Positions 7,572 through 15,615 of a DNA stretch of 20,000 nucleotides are shown one piece after another. The DNA is from an uncultured virus (IMG/VR IMGVR_UViG_2718218494_000001) (lineage: Duplodnaviria > Heunggongvirae > Uroviricota > Caudoviricetes): the IMG/VR virus record IMGVR_UViG_2718218494_000001; one strand, given 5' to 3'. The number at the start of each line of letters is the position of its first letter. The stretch's first letter is position 1. Below the pieces are notes generated by a model. That model was not told the origin of the DNA and made no database searches. It saw nothing but the letters and a program-made list of their open reading frames with translations. The position numbers and the translations under genes are program-made.

Positions 7572-7626
7572 CCTCTAATCTACCTGTCACTCCTGCCGGG
7601 GGGATAACTTCCCGCGTCTCATACAT

Positions 7627-7778
7627 TTACCAAAATGGTAAACTTTTCCTCGTCACATCTATTGACTAATTCGTAAATTGATCAGATTATTACCTTAACG
7701 GTAACAGCAGGGCGTTGAATTACCAGAAACCCACCACCGGGTGGCTTTCTCATACCCCTGATATTTACCAAATGGTAA
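7627..7778. promoter_or_regulatory. Operators upstream of the recombination operon (PL-like), with a hairpin at ~7725-7750
   Basis: TTACC-AAAAT-GGTAA (7627), TTACC-TTAAC-GGTAA (7690) and a 4-bp-spacer variant TTACC-AAAT-GGTAA (7765). Confidence 0.68.
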
Positions 7779-7791
7779 TAGTGAGGTGTGT

Positions 7792-7941
7792 ATGCAATGG
7801 CAAATCATTAACGGCTGGTACTGCGTTACGGCATGCGGGCTGATGAGCTGGAAGTTTCGCACGCTGCCGGAAGCTATCAGCTGGGCATTCGTCAGCAAAC
7901 TGGCAGCAAAAACGGAAATGGGTATGGGGGTGAGCAAGTGA
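7792..7941 (+). CDS. Small hypothetical phage protein (49 aa)
   Basis: Manual translation MQWQIINGWYCVTACGLMSWKFRTLPEAISWAFVSKLAAKTEMGMGVSK*; GAGGTG RBS; stop overlaps the next GTG. Confidence 0.65.
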   Translation: MQWQIINGWYCVTACGLMSWKFRTLPEAISWAFVSKLAAKTEMGMGVSK

Positions 7942-8237
7942 ACATTCAGCAGATTAACAACCTGAAAAAAATCATGAACAACATCGACGGCGACTACCAG
8001 CTTAACCAGATGCTGTACGAGCGCCACGTCGAGCTTATCGACGCGATCAAGTTCCATCAGCTGCAAAAGCCATTCTACGAACTGGAGCGCAAAGGCGTGC
8101 GCAGCGAGATCCTGGAAGAGCTGATGATGAGCTCTGAGTTTGAAGAATGCCTGGCTGCGTATCAGCGGGAACTCACCGGCATCATTGCCAAGTGGGATCT
8201 GGCTGACCAACTGGATACGGCGAGGAACGCGGCATGA
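7938..8237 (+). CDS. Hypothetical helical phage protein (99 aa)
   Basis: Likely start is GTG 7938 (NIQQINNLKK…), coupled at both ends. Confidence 0.7.
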   Translation: MNIQQINNLKKIMNNIDGDYQLNQMLYERHVELIDAIKFHQLQKPFYELERKGVRSEILEELMMSSEFEECLAAYQRELTGIIAKWDLADQLDTARNAA

Positions 8238-9133
8238 TGCAGAACGCTGGAAGCATGGACAGAACCAAATATCTCGGCGGCAGTGATGTCGCCGGTATTC
8301 TCGGCATTAGCCCATGGCGCACTCCGCTTGAGGTGTATCTGGATAAGGTTCAGCCACGTATCAAACCAGTAGATCCTTCAAAGCAGAAAGTTTTCACGCG
8401 TGGCCAGCGTATGGAGCCATATGTAATTGACCTGCTTTCTGAAGAGACGGGCCTAGAAATTATTCACCGCGGTAACCGGTATATCCATCGTGATTACGGA
8501 TTTATCGCAGCAGAGATCGATGCAGAAGCGGCTACCGGAGAAAACATCGAGATCAAAACAGTGAGCCCATTCAAGGCCAAAGAATGGGGAGAGGTTCAGA
8601 CAGATGCTATCCCGGTGCATTACACGGCGCAGGCCATGCATGGGCTAATGGTTACAGGGAAGCAGGTATGTGTATTCGGCGTCCTGATCGGGGGTGATGA
8701 CTTCCGTATCTATCGTGTTGAGCGAGACGAAGAAACCATCCAGGCCATTCTCGAGAAAGAGGTCGCTTTCTGGGACCGGGTTAAAAACCTGAACCCTCCA
8801 GAAGCAACCAGCGTCAGCGACATATATCTGATGTTCGAAAAGGACTCAGGAACAAGTATCGAGGCTGACGGAAAGGCTCTGGCCCTTTTCAATGACCTGC
8901 GAGATATGAAATCAAAATTCAAGTATCTGGAAGATGAAATTGCCGTATCGGAAGAGAAATTAAAGCTCTACATGCAGGAGCACTCGATTTTGACGCTGGA
9001 CGGAAAGCCGATCTGCACCTGGAAATCTCAGGTAAGCAACCGGTTTGATCAGCAGTTATTTCAGGCGGCACACCCAGAACTATTCGAAAAATTCAAAACA
9101 GCAACGACATCACGCGTTTTCAGAATGAAGTAA
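8234..9133 (+). CDS. YqaJ-like viral recombinase/exonuclease
   Basis: RTKYLGGSDVAGILGISPW, EIDA…EIKT and Y-x-x-Q motifs; adjacent to recT. Confidence 0.9.
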   Translation: MMQNAGSMDRTKYLGGSDVAGILGISPWRTPLEVYLDKVQPRIKPVDPSKQKVFTRGQRMEPYVIDLLSEETGLEIIHRGNRYIHRDYGFIAAEIDAEAATGENIEIKTVSPFKAKEWGEVQTDAIPVHYTAQAMHGLMVTGKQVCVFGVLIGGDDFRIYRVERDEETIQAILEKEVAFWDRVKNLNPPEATSVSDIYLMFEKDSGTSIEADGKALALFNDLRDMKSKFKYLEDEIAVSEEKLKLYMQEHSILTLDGKPICTWKSQVSNRFDQQLFQAAHPELFEKFKTATTSRVFRMK

Positions 9134-9142
9134 GGAGAAAAA

Positions 9143-10165
9143 ATGTCTACCAACGCACTTAAGGCAGCTGCGACAGGAAACCAGGTCGCGCAGCATAGCG
9201 ACAAACCAACCACTCTGGCTGGCTTGCTCGCAGATCCAAAAATTAAGGCTCAAATGGCTTTAGCGCTTCCTAAGCACATGACTGCAGATCGCCTTGCACG
9301 AATCGCTACCACTGAGATCCGCAAGGTTCCAAAACTGGCCGCATGTGACCAGGCCAGTTTCCTCGGGGCAATTATGCAGTGTGCTCAACTCGGGCTGGAA
9401 CCGGGCGGTGCACTTGGCCATGCATACCTGATTCCGTTCGACAAACGCCAGAAAGTAAATGGCCGCTGGGAAACTGTATCGACAGAAGCGCAGCTGATTA
9501 TTGGTTATCGCGGAATGATTGACCTCGCCCGTCGGTCAGGTCAAATCCTGAGCATATCAGCGCGTACAGTCCATGCGAACGACAAATTCAGTTACTCATA
9601 CGGACTGGAAGAAACGCTCGAGCATTCACCTTGCGAGACCGGTGACCGAGGAGAACTTACGCATGTTTACGCCGTTGCACGCCTGAAAGATGGCGGCGTT
9701 CAGTTCGAAGTTATGAGCCGGGCAGACGTTGAGAAAGTTCGTGCCCTGAGCAAAGCCGGAAGCAGCGGACCGTGGGTGGACCACTTTGACGAGATGGCCA
9801 AAAAGACGGTGATCCGTCGCCTGTTTAAATACCTGCCTGTTTCTATCGAACTGCAAAAAGCGGTTGTGATGGATGAACGAGCTGAAGCCGGCCTGAGCCA
9901 GGATAACGCAGCTGTTATCACCGGTGAGTATTCCGTCGTAGACGATGAGCAGCAGAGCATGACAGCGGTTTCTGAATCTGATCGAGAAGAAGCGCGTGAA
10001 TACGCTAGCGCCATTCTGAACAGCCTCGATCCTTCTGTGGATGATGCAAAGGCGCTTTTTAAGCGGGCAGAAGACGAAATAAACGCGCTGGCTGAAAAGT
10101 TAGGCGATGAATATCACCAGGGATTCATGACGACGCTTAACGATATGCGTCCTGAATTTGCATAA
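9143..10165 (+). CDS. recT: RecT single-strand annealing protein
   Basis: ALPKHMTADRLARIATTEIRKVP, AQLGLEPG…AYLIPF, QLIIGYRGMIDLARRSG, EMAKKTVIRRLFKYLPVSIE. Confidence 0.93.
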   Translation: MSTNALKAAATGNQVAQHSDKPTTLAGLLADPKIKAQMALALPKHMTADRLARIATTEIRKVPKLAACDQASFLGAIMQCAQLGLEPGGALGHAYLIPFDKRQKVNGRWETVSTEAQLIIGYRGMIDLARRSGQILSISARTVHANDKFSYSYGLEETLEHSPCETGDRGELTHVYAVARLKDGGVQFEVMSRADVEKVRALSKAGSSGPWVDHFDEMAKKTVIRRLFKYLPVSIELQKAVVMDERAEAGLSQDNAAVITGEYSVVDDEQQSMTAVSESDREEAREYASAILNSLDPSVDDAKALFKRAEDEINALAEKLGDEYHQGFMTTLNDMRPEFA

Positions 10166-10216
10166 CACCACCACCGCGGCGCCGGGCGCGCCGCACTGAA
10201 AAAAAGAGAGGTAACG

Positions 10217-10465
10217 ATGAAAGGTGCATTTAACAGAAAGCAACTACTGGAGGTGGTGCCTGTATCGATGAGCACTATCGACCGCATGGAGAAAAACGGG
10301 GAGTTCCCTAAGCGTTTCTGGATCACAGACAAGCGCTGTGCCTGGAACAGCGAAGAGATCGAGCGCTGGCTGGATGAACGTCAGCAGAACGGTACAACGG
10401 AGTTTGCTGGAAAAAAGCCTCCGCTTGAGCAACGAGTATTTCGCCGGGTTGGTAATGCGGCGTGA
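10217..10465 (+). CDS. AlpA-family regulator / probable excisionase
   Basis: VPVSMSTIDRMEKNGEFPKR…AWNSEEIERWL. Confidence 0.82.
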   Translation: MKGAFNRKQLLEVVPVSMSTIDRMEKNGEFPKRFWITDKRCAWNSEEIERWLDERQQNGTTEFAGKKPPLEQRVFRRVGNAA

Positions 10466-10578
10466 CGTCGCTGGCGAGGTACTGGGAAAGGTGGTCAGGA
10501 TGGTTTCTGTACCTGGCCGCCGTATCCGCCTGGCTGTTCCTGCTGGCGGTCATTTTTCGAGAGGGTTGGATACGATGA
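10462..10578 (+). CDS. Small Trp-rich membrane peptide (38 aa)
   Basis: Manual translation MTSLARYWERWSGWFLYLAAVSAWLFLLAVIFREGWIR*; GTGA and ATGA overlaps at both ends. Confidence 0.55.
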   Translation: MTSLARYWERWSGWFLYLAAVSAWLFLLAVIFREGWIR

Positions 10579-10868
10579 ATCGGATGGAAAAATACCACGC
10601 GGATTATGTCTCGCAACGCAAAGCGCCCCCTCTTGTCGCCGTAACGCCGGCGGCAATGGAGATCGAGCAGCGCGCTATTGCTCGCGAGAAAAAAGGCCAG
10701 TACCGCCTGGCCGCTCGCCTCTGGCTTGAGTGCATGGATGCGGCCACTGGAGAGGTTGAGCGGGCCCGTATCGCTATACGCCGCGATCAGTGCATTGGCC
10801 GCGGGAATCGGCTTCGCCATGGATGCTATGCCGGGATCTGCGCCACCGCAGGGGTGATTTATGACTAA
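10575..10868 (+). CDS. PerC-family transcriptional activator-like protein
   Basis: AIAREKKGQYRLAARLWLECMD…RRDQC; start at ATG 10575. Confidence 0.7.
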   Translation: MNRMEKYHADYVSQRKAPPLVAVTPAAMEIEQRAIAREKKGQYRLAARLWLECMDAATGEVERARIAIRRDQCIGRGNRLRHGCYAGICATAGVIYD

Positions 10869-11019
10869 CCCACACGACAGCATTCGCGTAGGAAGTATCA
10901 CGCTGGTTTATTCGTCCGTGCGCCGTGGCTGGCTGGCGCCAGGCGGCCAGGTTATCCAGAACCCGCTGAAGGCTCAGCGCCTGGCGGAGCAACTGAATAG
11001 CAAGAAGGTGTCAGCATGA
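10861..11019 (+). CDS. DUF1317-like small phage protein (52 aa)
   Basis: Manual translation MTNPHDSIRVGSITLVYSSVRRGWLAPGGQVIQNPLKAQRLAEQLNSKKVSA*. Confidence 0.72.
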   Translation: MTNPHDSIRVGSITLVYSSVRRGWLAPGGQVIQNPLKAQRLAEQLNSKKVSA

Positions 11020-11609
11020 GCGGAAAATACACCCTGATCTATGCGGATCCGCCTTGGGCATACCGCGACAAGGCAGCCGACGGTGACCGCGGCGCCGGTT
11101 TCAAGTATCCAGTGATGAATGTTCTGGATATCTGCAGGCTGCCGGTATGGGAGCTCGCCGCCGAAGATTGCCTTCTGGCTATGTGGTGGGTACCGACTCA
11201 GCCGGTAGAGGCGCTGAAAGTCATGGAGGCCTGGGGATTCCGCCTGATGACCATGAAGGGATTCACCTGGCACAAGACGAACAAGCATAAAGGGAACAGT
11301 GCGATCGGCATGGGCCATATGACCCGGGCGAACAGCGAAGACTGCCTGTTTGCGGTGCGCGGGAAACTACCGGCCCGCATGGACGCCTCGATCTGCCAGC
11401 ACGTCACGGCGCCGCGCCTGGAGAACTCGCGCAAACCAGACGTTATCCGCGAGAAACTGGTGCAGCTGCTTGGCGATGTCCCACGCATTGAGCTCTTCGC
11501 ACGCCAGTCGTCTCACGGTTTCGACGTGTGGGGGAATCAGTGCTCGTCGCCGGCGGTGGAGTTGCTGCCAGGCTGCGCCGTGCCAGTAGTGAAGACGGAG
11601 GCCGCATGA
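11016..11609 (+). CDS. MT-A70-family adenine methyltransferase
   Basis: IYADPPW catalytic motif, AWGF, SRKP and RIELFAR…WGN. Confidence 0.9.
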   Translation: MSGKYTLIYADPPWAYRDKAADGDRGAGFKYPVMNVLDICRLPVWELAAEDCLLAMWWVPTQPVEALKVMEAWGFRLMTMKGFTWHKTNKHKGNSAIGMGHMTRANSEDCLFAVRGKLPARMDASICQHVTAPRLENSRKPDVIREKLVQLLGDVPRIELFARQSSHGFDVWGNQCSSPAVELLPGCAVPVVKTEAA

Positions 11610-11788
11610 CAACCATACTTTCAAACTTCCTGTGCGGTGCAGCGCTGATATGGCTGGGATACCTTGTCGTTCTGTTCATCCTTTGGGAGCGGCCTACACG
11701 TACTCATACAGCCTTTTTTGGCAGGTTATCGATACTTTTCGGCGTTGTGTGCGCGCTGGCAATGGCGCTCAAGGACGGTGCTGCATGA
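11606..11788 (+). CDS. Small protein with two hydrophobic segments (60 aa)
   Basis: MTTILSNFLCGAALIWLGYLVVLFILW…LSILFGVVCALAMAL; ATGA overlaps at both ends. Confidence 0.6.
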   Translation: MTTILSNFLCGAALIWLGYLVVLFILWERPTRTHTAFFGRLSILFGVVCALAMALKDGAA

Positions 11789-11976
11789 ACATTGCCGAAG
11801 AGGCCTCGCTGATACGACAACTCGAAGAGGCGCGCGCCATTATCAACCAGAGGAATGGTGAGATCATTCACCTGCAGAGAGAAGCGGCGCGCTACCGTGA
11901 ACAGCGGGATTCTGCAAACGCGATGGTTAAGTTCCTGCGTTGGCTCTTTGAGAATTCTTCGCAGGCGACACAATGA
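11785..11976 (+). CDS. Small coiled-coil phage protein (63 aa)
   Basis: MNIAEEASLIRQLEEARAII…; ATG 11785. Confidence 0.65.
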   Translation: MNIAEEASLIRQLEEARAIINQRNGEIIHLQREAARYREQRDSANAMVKFLRWLFENSSQATQ

Positions 11977-11992
11977 GCCGCCTCCGGGCGGA

Positions 11993-13243
11993 CTATTGTT
12001 CATTCATCCACTTTTCAAATGCAGACGGGGAGAACGGCACCAGGTCGTAATGCTCCCCGTTTATCCATGCATCAACCATATTTGCCCACTGCTGCAGCAT
12101 GTAGGCCCGCTGCCGGGAATACTCGGCCTTGTTGTAAACTGCCCTCACGCCCTTCTGTTCATGCGCAAGCGCCTTCTCTATCCAGTCTGAAGGGAAACCC
12201 GCTTCATGCAAAAGCGTGCTCGCTGTGCGCCGCAGGTCGTGCACTGTTAGAGGTTGCAGGTTCTCCCCAGCATCCGCTGCCGCAGCAACCGCGCGATCGA
12301 TGACTGAGTTAAGAGCGGCATTGGATAACGGCTTACTGGTGCTGTAGCGACCTGGCAACAGATAATCACTCCCGCCGGCACACATCTGCAGGCCTACCAT
12401 CAGATCCTGTGCCTGATGCGGAAGGTAGATGACATGCGACCGGCTTCCCTTCATCCTGTCAGATGGGATCGTCCAGGTTCCTTTGCTGAAATCCACCTCT
12501 TTCCACGTCGCCATGATGAACTCGGTTTTGCGCACCATCGTGATCAGGATGAGCTTCACAGCCAGTTTTAAGGTTGGCAAAGTGCTGACGGTATCGAGAG
12601 ACCTGAACAGCACGCCGATTTCTTCCGGCTGCAGGCAACGGTCACGCGGTTTAAACATGGCGATCGCCGAAGGTTTGATATCTGCGGCCGGGTTGAATAA
12701 CCCGTGCCCGCGGTCATTGGCGTACCGGTAAACGCTGCTGATGATTTCACGCGCCTGCACCGCCGTCGCACGTCCGCCGCGCTCGACTATGCGATCGCAA
12801 AGATCACGCACCATAGGGGTCGTTATCTCGGACATCATTTTGTTTCCGAGAACAGGCAAAATATCCCTGTCGATAACTGATTGCTTCATAGCCCGCGTAC
12901 TGTCAGCCAGGACCACATGTTTCATGTAGGCGTCGGTATGTACCGTAAATGTTTCGGCGCCGCGGATCCGTTTGATACCGTCACGCTTCGCCGCAGCCGG
13001 CGACTGGCCTGCGTTCAGCAGCTTTTTAGCCGCTATCAGTTCATCCCTGGCTTCGGCCAGCGTGATACCGTCACGACCATACTGACCGATAACCAGCGTC
13101 TCCCGGCGGCCGTTAATGCGGTAATCGTAACGAAACGAGATAGTGCCTGAGATCAGCACGGCTACATACAGTCCGTCGCGATCGGAGACCTTGTACATTT
13201 TGCCCTGCGGTTTCAGGTTTTTTAGTTTGGTATCGGTAAGCAC
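11993..13243 (-). CDS. int: Prophage tyrosine integrase (P4/IntS-like, with arm-binding domain)
   Basis: MLTDTKLKNLKP…DRDGLYV arm domain; catalytic R, K, HDLRR, H and Y residues. Confidence 0.95.
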   Translation of the reverse strand: MLTDTKLKNLKPQGKMYKVSDRDGLYVAVLISGTISFRYDYRINGRRETLVIGQYGRDGITLAEARDELIAAKKLLNAGQSPAAAKRDGIKRIRGAETFTVHTDAYMKHVVLADSTRAMKQSVIDRDILPVLGNKMMSEITTPMVRDLCDRIVERGGRATAVQAREIISSVYRYANDRGHGLFNPAADIKPSAIAMFKPRDRCLQPEEIGVLFRSLDTVSTLPTLKLAVKLILITMVRKTEFIMATWKEVDFSKGTWTIPSDRMKGSRSHVIYLPHQAQDLMVGLQMCAGGSDYLLPGRYSTSKPLSNAALNSVIDRAVAAAADAGENLQPLTVHDLRRTASTLLHEAGFPSDWIEKALAHEQKGVRAVYNKAEYSRQRAYMLQQWANMVDAWINGEHYDLVPFSPSAFEKWMNEQ

Positions 13244-13270
13244 ATTTCACCCGTGATGCATCATTTTTTC

Positions 13271-13320
13271 TGACGGTACGAGAGTATACCGTAATGGTAA
13301 TACCGTCAGGTATACCGTCA
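13271..13320. repeat. Putative integrase arm-type sites
   Basis: TACCGTCA at 13301 and 13313, TACCGTAA at 13287, inverted TGACGGTA at 13271. Confidence 0.6.
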
Positions 13321-13362
13321 AAAAATGTGAGATAGAGTGAATAGTGTTGAAGTGATATAAAG

Positions 13363-13389
13363 AAAAACCCCCTGTAAAAACAGAGGGTT
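13363..13389 (-). terminator. Terminator between att and int
   Basis: Minus strand AACCCTCTGT-TTTT-ACAGGGGGTT followed by TTTCTTT. Confidence 0.7.
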
Positions 13390-13431
13390 GAATTTCAATT
13401 TGAGTAGATATGATTAGCTATAATGTAGCCG

Positions 13432-13444
13432 TTAATCATTCCCC
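13432..13444 (-). other. Probable att junction (guaA-3'-end-like core remnant)
   Basis: Minus strand GGGGAATGATTAA shares GGGAATGA with the guaA end (GAG TGG GAA TGA); no guaA ORF lies upstream. Confidence 0.62.
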
Positions 13445-13880
13445 GTTACTGTGGATAATCAATATATTGTGTCTCTGGCAGTTGCTTTTCCTACCATATG
13501 TTGTCCCTCCCCGTTCTATTTTGTGATCGCACAGTGTGAAAAACGACATCACAGTGGAGACGCTGCTGACGGGATGATGTTCATCCAGGGTCGTAAGATC
13601 GGCCGGTACTGGTTACCCGCCGGACGAAGGGCCGGCCAACGCGCAGCGTCGGTAGCTGGCTTTAAAAATGCCGGCGGAAACTTAAAGATTAAGCTGCATA
13701 CTCTGCGAAATTTTGCAAATTTCACTCAACATGCTTCGTTCAGATCCCAATAGAGCTTTCACCATCGCCTGTAATAGCCGCCCTGCTGCGTGATTACTCC
13801 GCTCATCGGGTTGCTGGCGACAAGCCAATACCTGTTCGTGACAGGCATTGATTGAACCGTTATCCCTAACTAATAATGTG

Positions 13881-14556
13881 CCGACGATGCAGGTGGGACC
13901 GTGGTCCCAGGCAGATAAGCTGACAGATGACGCAGGTGGGACCGTGGTCCCAGGCAGATAAGCTGACCGACGACGCAGGTGGGACCATGGTCCCAGGCAG
14001 ATAACCTGACCGATGACGCAGGTGGGACCGTGGTCCCAGGGAGATAACCTGACCGGCGATACAGGTGGGACCGTGGTCCCAGGCAGATTACCTGACCGAT
14101 GACGCAGGTGGGACCGTGGTCCCAGACAGATAACCTGACCGACGACGCAGGTGGGACCGTGGTCCCAGACAGATAAGCTGACCGATGACGCAGGTGAGAC
14201 CGTGGTCCCAGACAGATAAGCTGACCGATGACGCAGGTGGGACCGTGGTCCCAGGCAGATAACCTGACCGACGACGCAGGTGGGCCCGTGGTCCCAGTCA
14301 GATAACCTGACCGATGACGCAGGTGGGACCGTGGTCCCAGACAGATTACCTGACAGATGACGCAGGTGGGACCGTGGTCCCAGACAGATTACCTGACAGA
14401 TGACGCAGGTGGGACCGTGGTCCCAGACAGATAACCTGACCGACGACGCAGGTGGGACCGTGGTCCCAGGCAGATAACCTGACCGATGACGCAGGTGAGA
14501 CCGTGGTCCCAGGCAGATAACCTGACCGACGATGCAGGTGGGACCGTGGTCCCAGA
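13881..14556. repeat. sopC: sopC centromere, 16 x 43-bp direct repeats
   Basis: Core TGGGACCGTGGTCCCA every 43 bp from 13894 to 14539, matching the F sopC SopB site; directly downstream of sopB. Confidence 0.97.
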
Positions 14557-14565
14557 GAGAATATT

Positions 14566-14590
14566 CAGGCCAGTTATGTTTTCTGGCCTG
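14566..14590. terminator. Inverted repeat downstream of sopB
   Basis: CAGGCCAG-N9-CTGGCCTG. Confidence 0.45.
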
Positions 14591-14643
14591 TGAGAAAGGA
14601 AATGAAGTAAAGGGAGATAACCGTAGACTAAAGCGTGTCCGCA

Positions 14644-15615
14644 TTAGACTCCTGGTTTCTCAAGCTCCTTAAGAATGGCTTCTATTTTCTCTATACACTC
14701 CGCAGGAATGCGGGACTTATCCAGGTTAAGCACCATTTTATCGCCCTTATACAATGCTGTTGCCCCTGGAGCAAACTGATGACGTGAGCTCAGATTAACT
14801 CTTGATGCGGGAGATTGTTTCAGTACGGATGTTAAAAGACTAATGACCTCTTCAGCTTCAAAGATTAGTCCCGCTTTCTTCTGATCGTGGAGAGTCTCAG
14901 CCTGCTGCTTCAGTAATTCTTCTTTATCTGCAAAAGCCTTCTGAAGGGCTTCACCTGACCGGGCAGACAGTTCTCCAGGATGTGCAAACAGGGCAACAAC
15001 GGATTTAGGCAGTTTGGCCGTATTAATACAGCGGGTAATGATCTTACGAGAAATGTTTTCCGCATCGGCAAGCGCAGAAATATTTCCTGCAAACTCATTC
15101 TGCAGCCGGCTTGTATAACGCAGGCCACGTTCATAAGCACTCGTCGGCCGATAATCGTTACCCAGCCGGGACAATGCAGCCATCTGCTCATCGTCCAGTT
15201 CACCAACCAGAACGCGATAATCACTTTCCGTCAGGATTGCGGCTTTACGGCGACGGCTGCCGTCTGCAATTTCTATGACATCAGAAACCCGGCGGCCGAA
15301 AGCTGGAGTCTGCTGACCGGTCAGTAAAAATGAAGGTATGAGATCATCCAGAGCATCTTCGGTAAGTAGTTCCTGATCACGCTCATTTCCTGACCATACG
15401 CGTGAGGCGCTCTCAACAGAGTCTCCCCGGAGCACCTCAAGGGTAAATTTTACTTCCCGTCCACATACCGGAAGAGAGATAGCATTACCGCGGGCCATAG
15501 CACCCACGCGCGCAATTAATGAATCCACCATCGGCGCGGCCGGCGCCGGTGATGAAGTATCTTCAGTCGATTGAGTATGTGTGGTATGCCTTGGAATGAC
15601 AGGGGCACGCTTCAT
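14644..15615 (-). CDS. sopB: Plasmid partition protein SopB (ParB family)
   Basis: MKRAPVIP…, [28 protein letters not shown]; 323 aa, like F SopB. Confidence 0.97.
   Translation of the reverse strand: MKRAPVIPRHTTHTQSTEDTSSPAPAAPMVDSLIARVGAMARGNAISLPVCGREVKFTLEVLRGDSVESASRVWSGNERDQELLTEDALDDLIPSFLLTGQQTPAFGRRVSDVIEIADGSRRRKAAILTESDYRVLVGELDDEQMAALSRLGNDYRPTSAYERGLRYTSRLQNEFAGNISALADAENISRKIITRCINTAKLPKSVVALFAHPGELSARSGEALQKAFADKEELLKQQAETLHDQKKAGLIFEAEEVISLLTSVLKQSPASRVNLSSRHQFAPGATALYKGDKMVLNLDKSRIPAECIEKIEAILKELEKPGV

Larger units (their letters stand above)
1..13443. mobile_element. Prophage, early half with integrase end, epsilon15/phiV10-like gene order; continues beyond the left edge
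   Basis: Contiguous terS, accessory genes, replication, cro/repressor, YqaJ/RecT, AlpA, MT-A70 and int, ending at an att-like GGGAATGA motif. Confidence 0.9.

Noticed and set aside
10338..10574. Long N-terminal extension of the 176-aa ORF
   Set aside because: It overlaps alpA and the 38-aa peptide; the coupled ATG at 10575 is the better start. The same reasoning applies to the extended starts at 4097, 6500, 6881, 7833, 11528 and 11632.
13522..13552. CRP-like TGTGA…TCACA elements
   Set aside because: The half-site spacing does not fit TGTGA-N6-TCACA.
13451..13753. 100-aa ORF beside the att junction
   Set aside because: No clear RBS or recognisable motif, and its start lies inside the DnaA box; it cannot be supported.
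13881..14556. CRISPR array
   Set aside because: The inter-palindrome segments are near-identical rather than unique spacers, no cas genes are present, and the core matches the SopB site.
13682..14644. 320-aa repetitive ORF
   Set aside because: It is the translation of the 43-bp sopC repeats (43-aa periodicity), not a credible protein.
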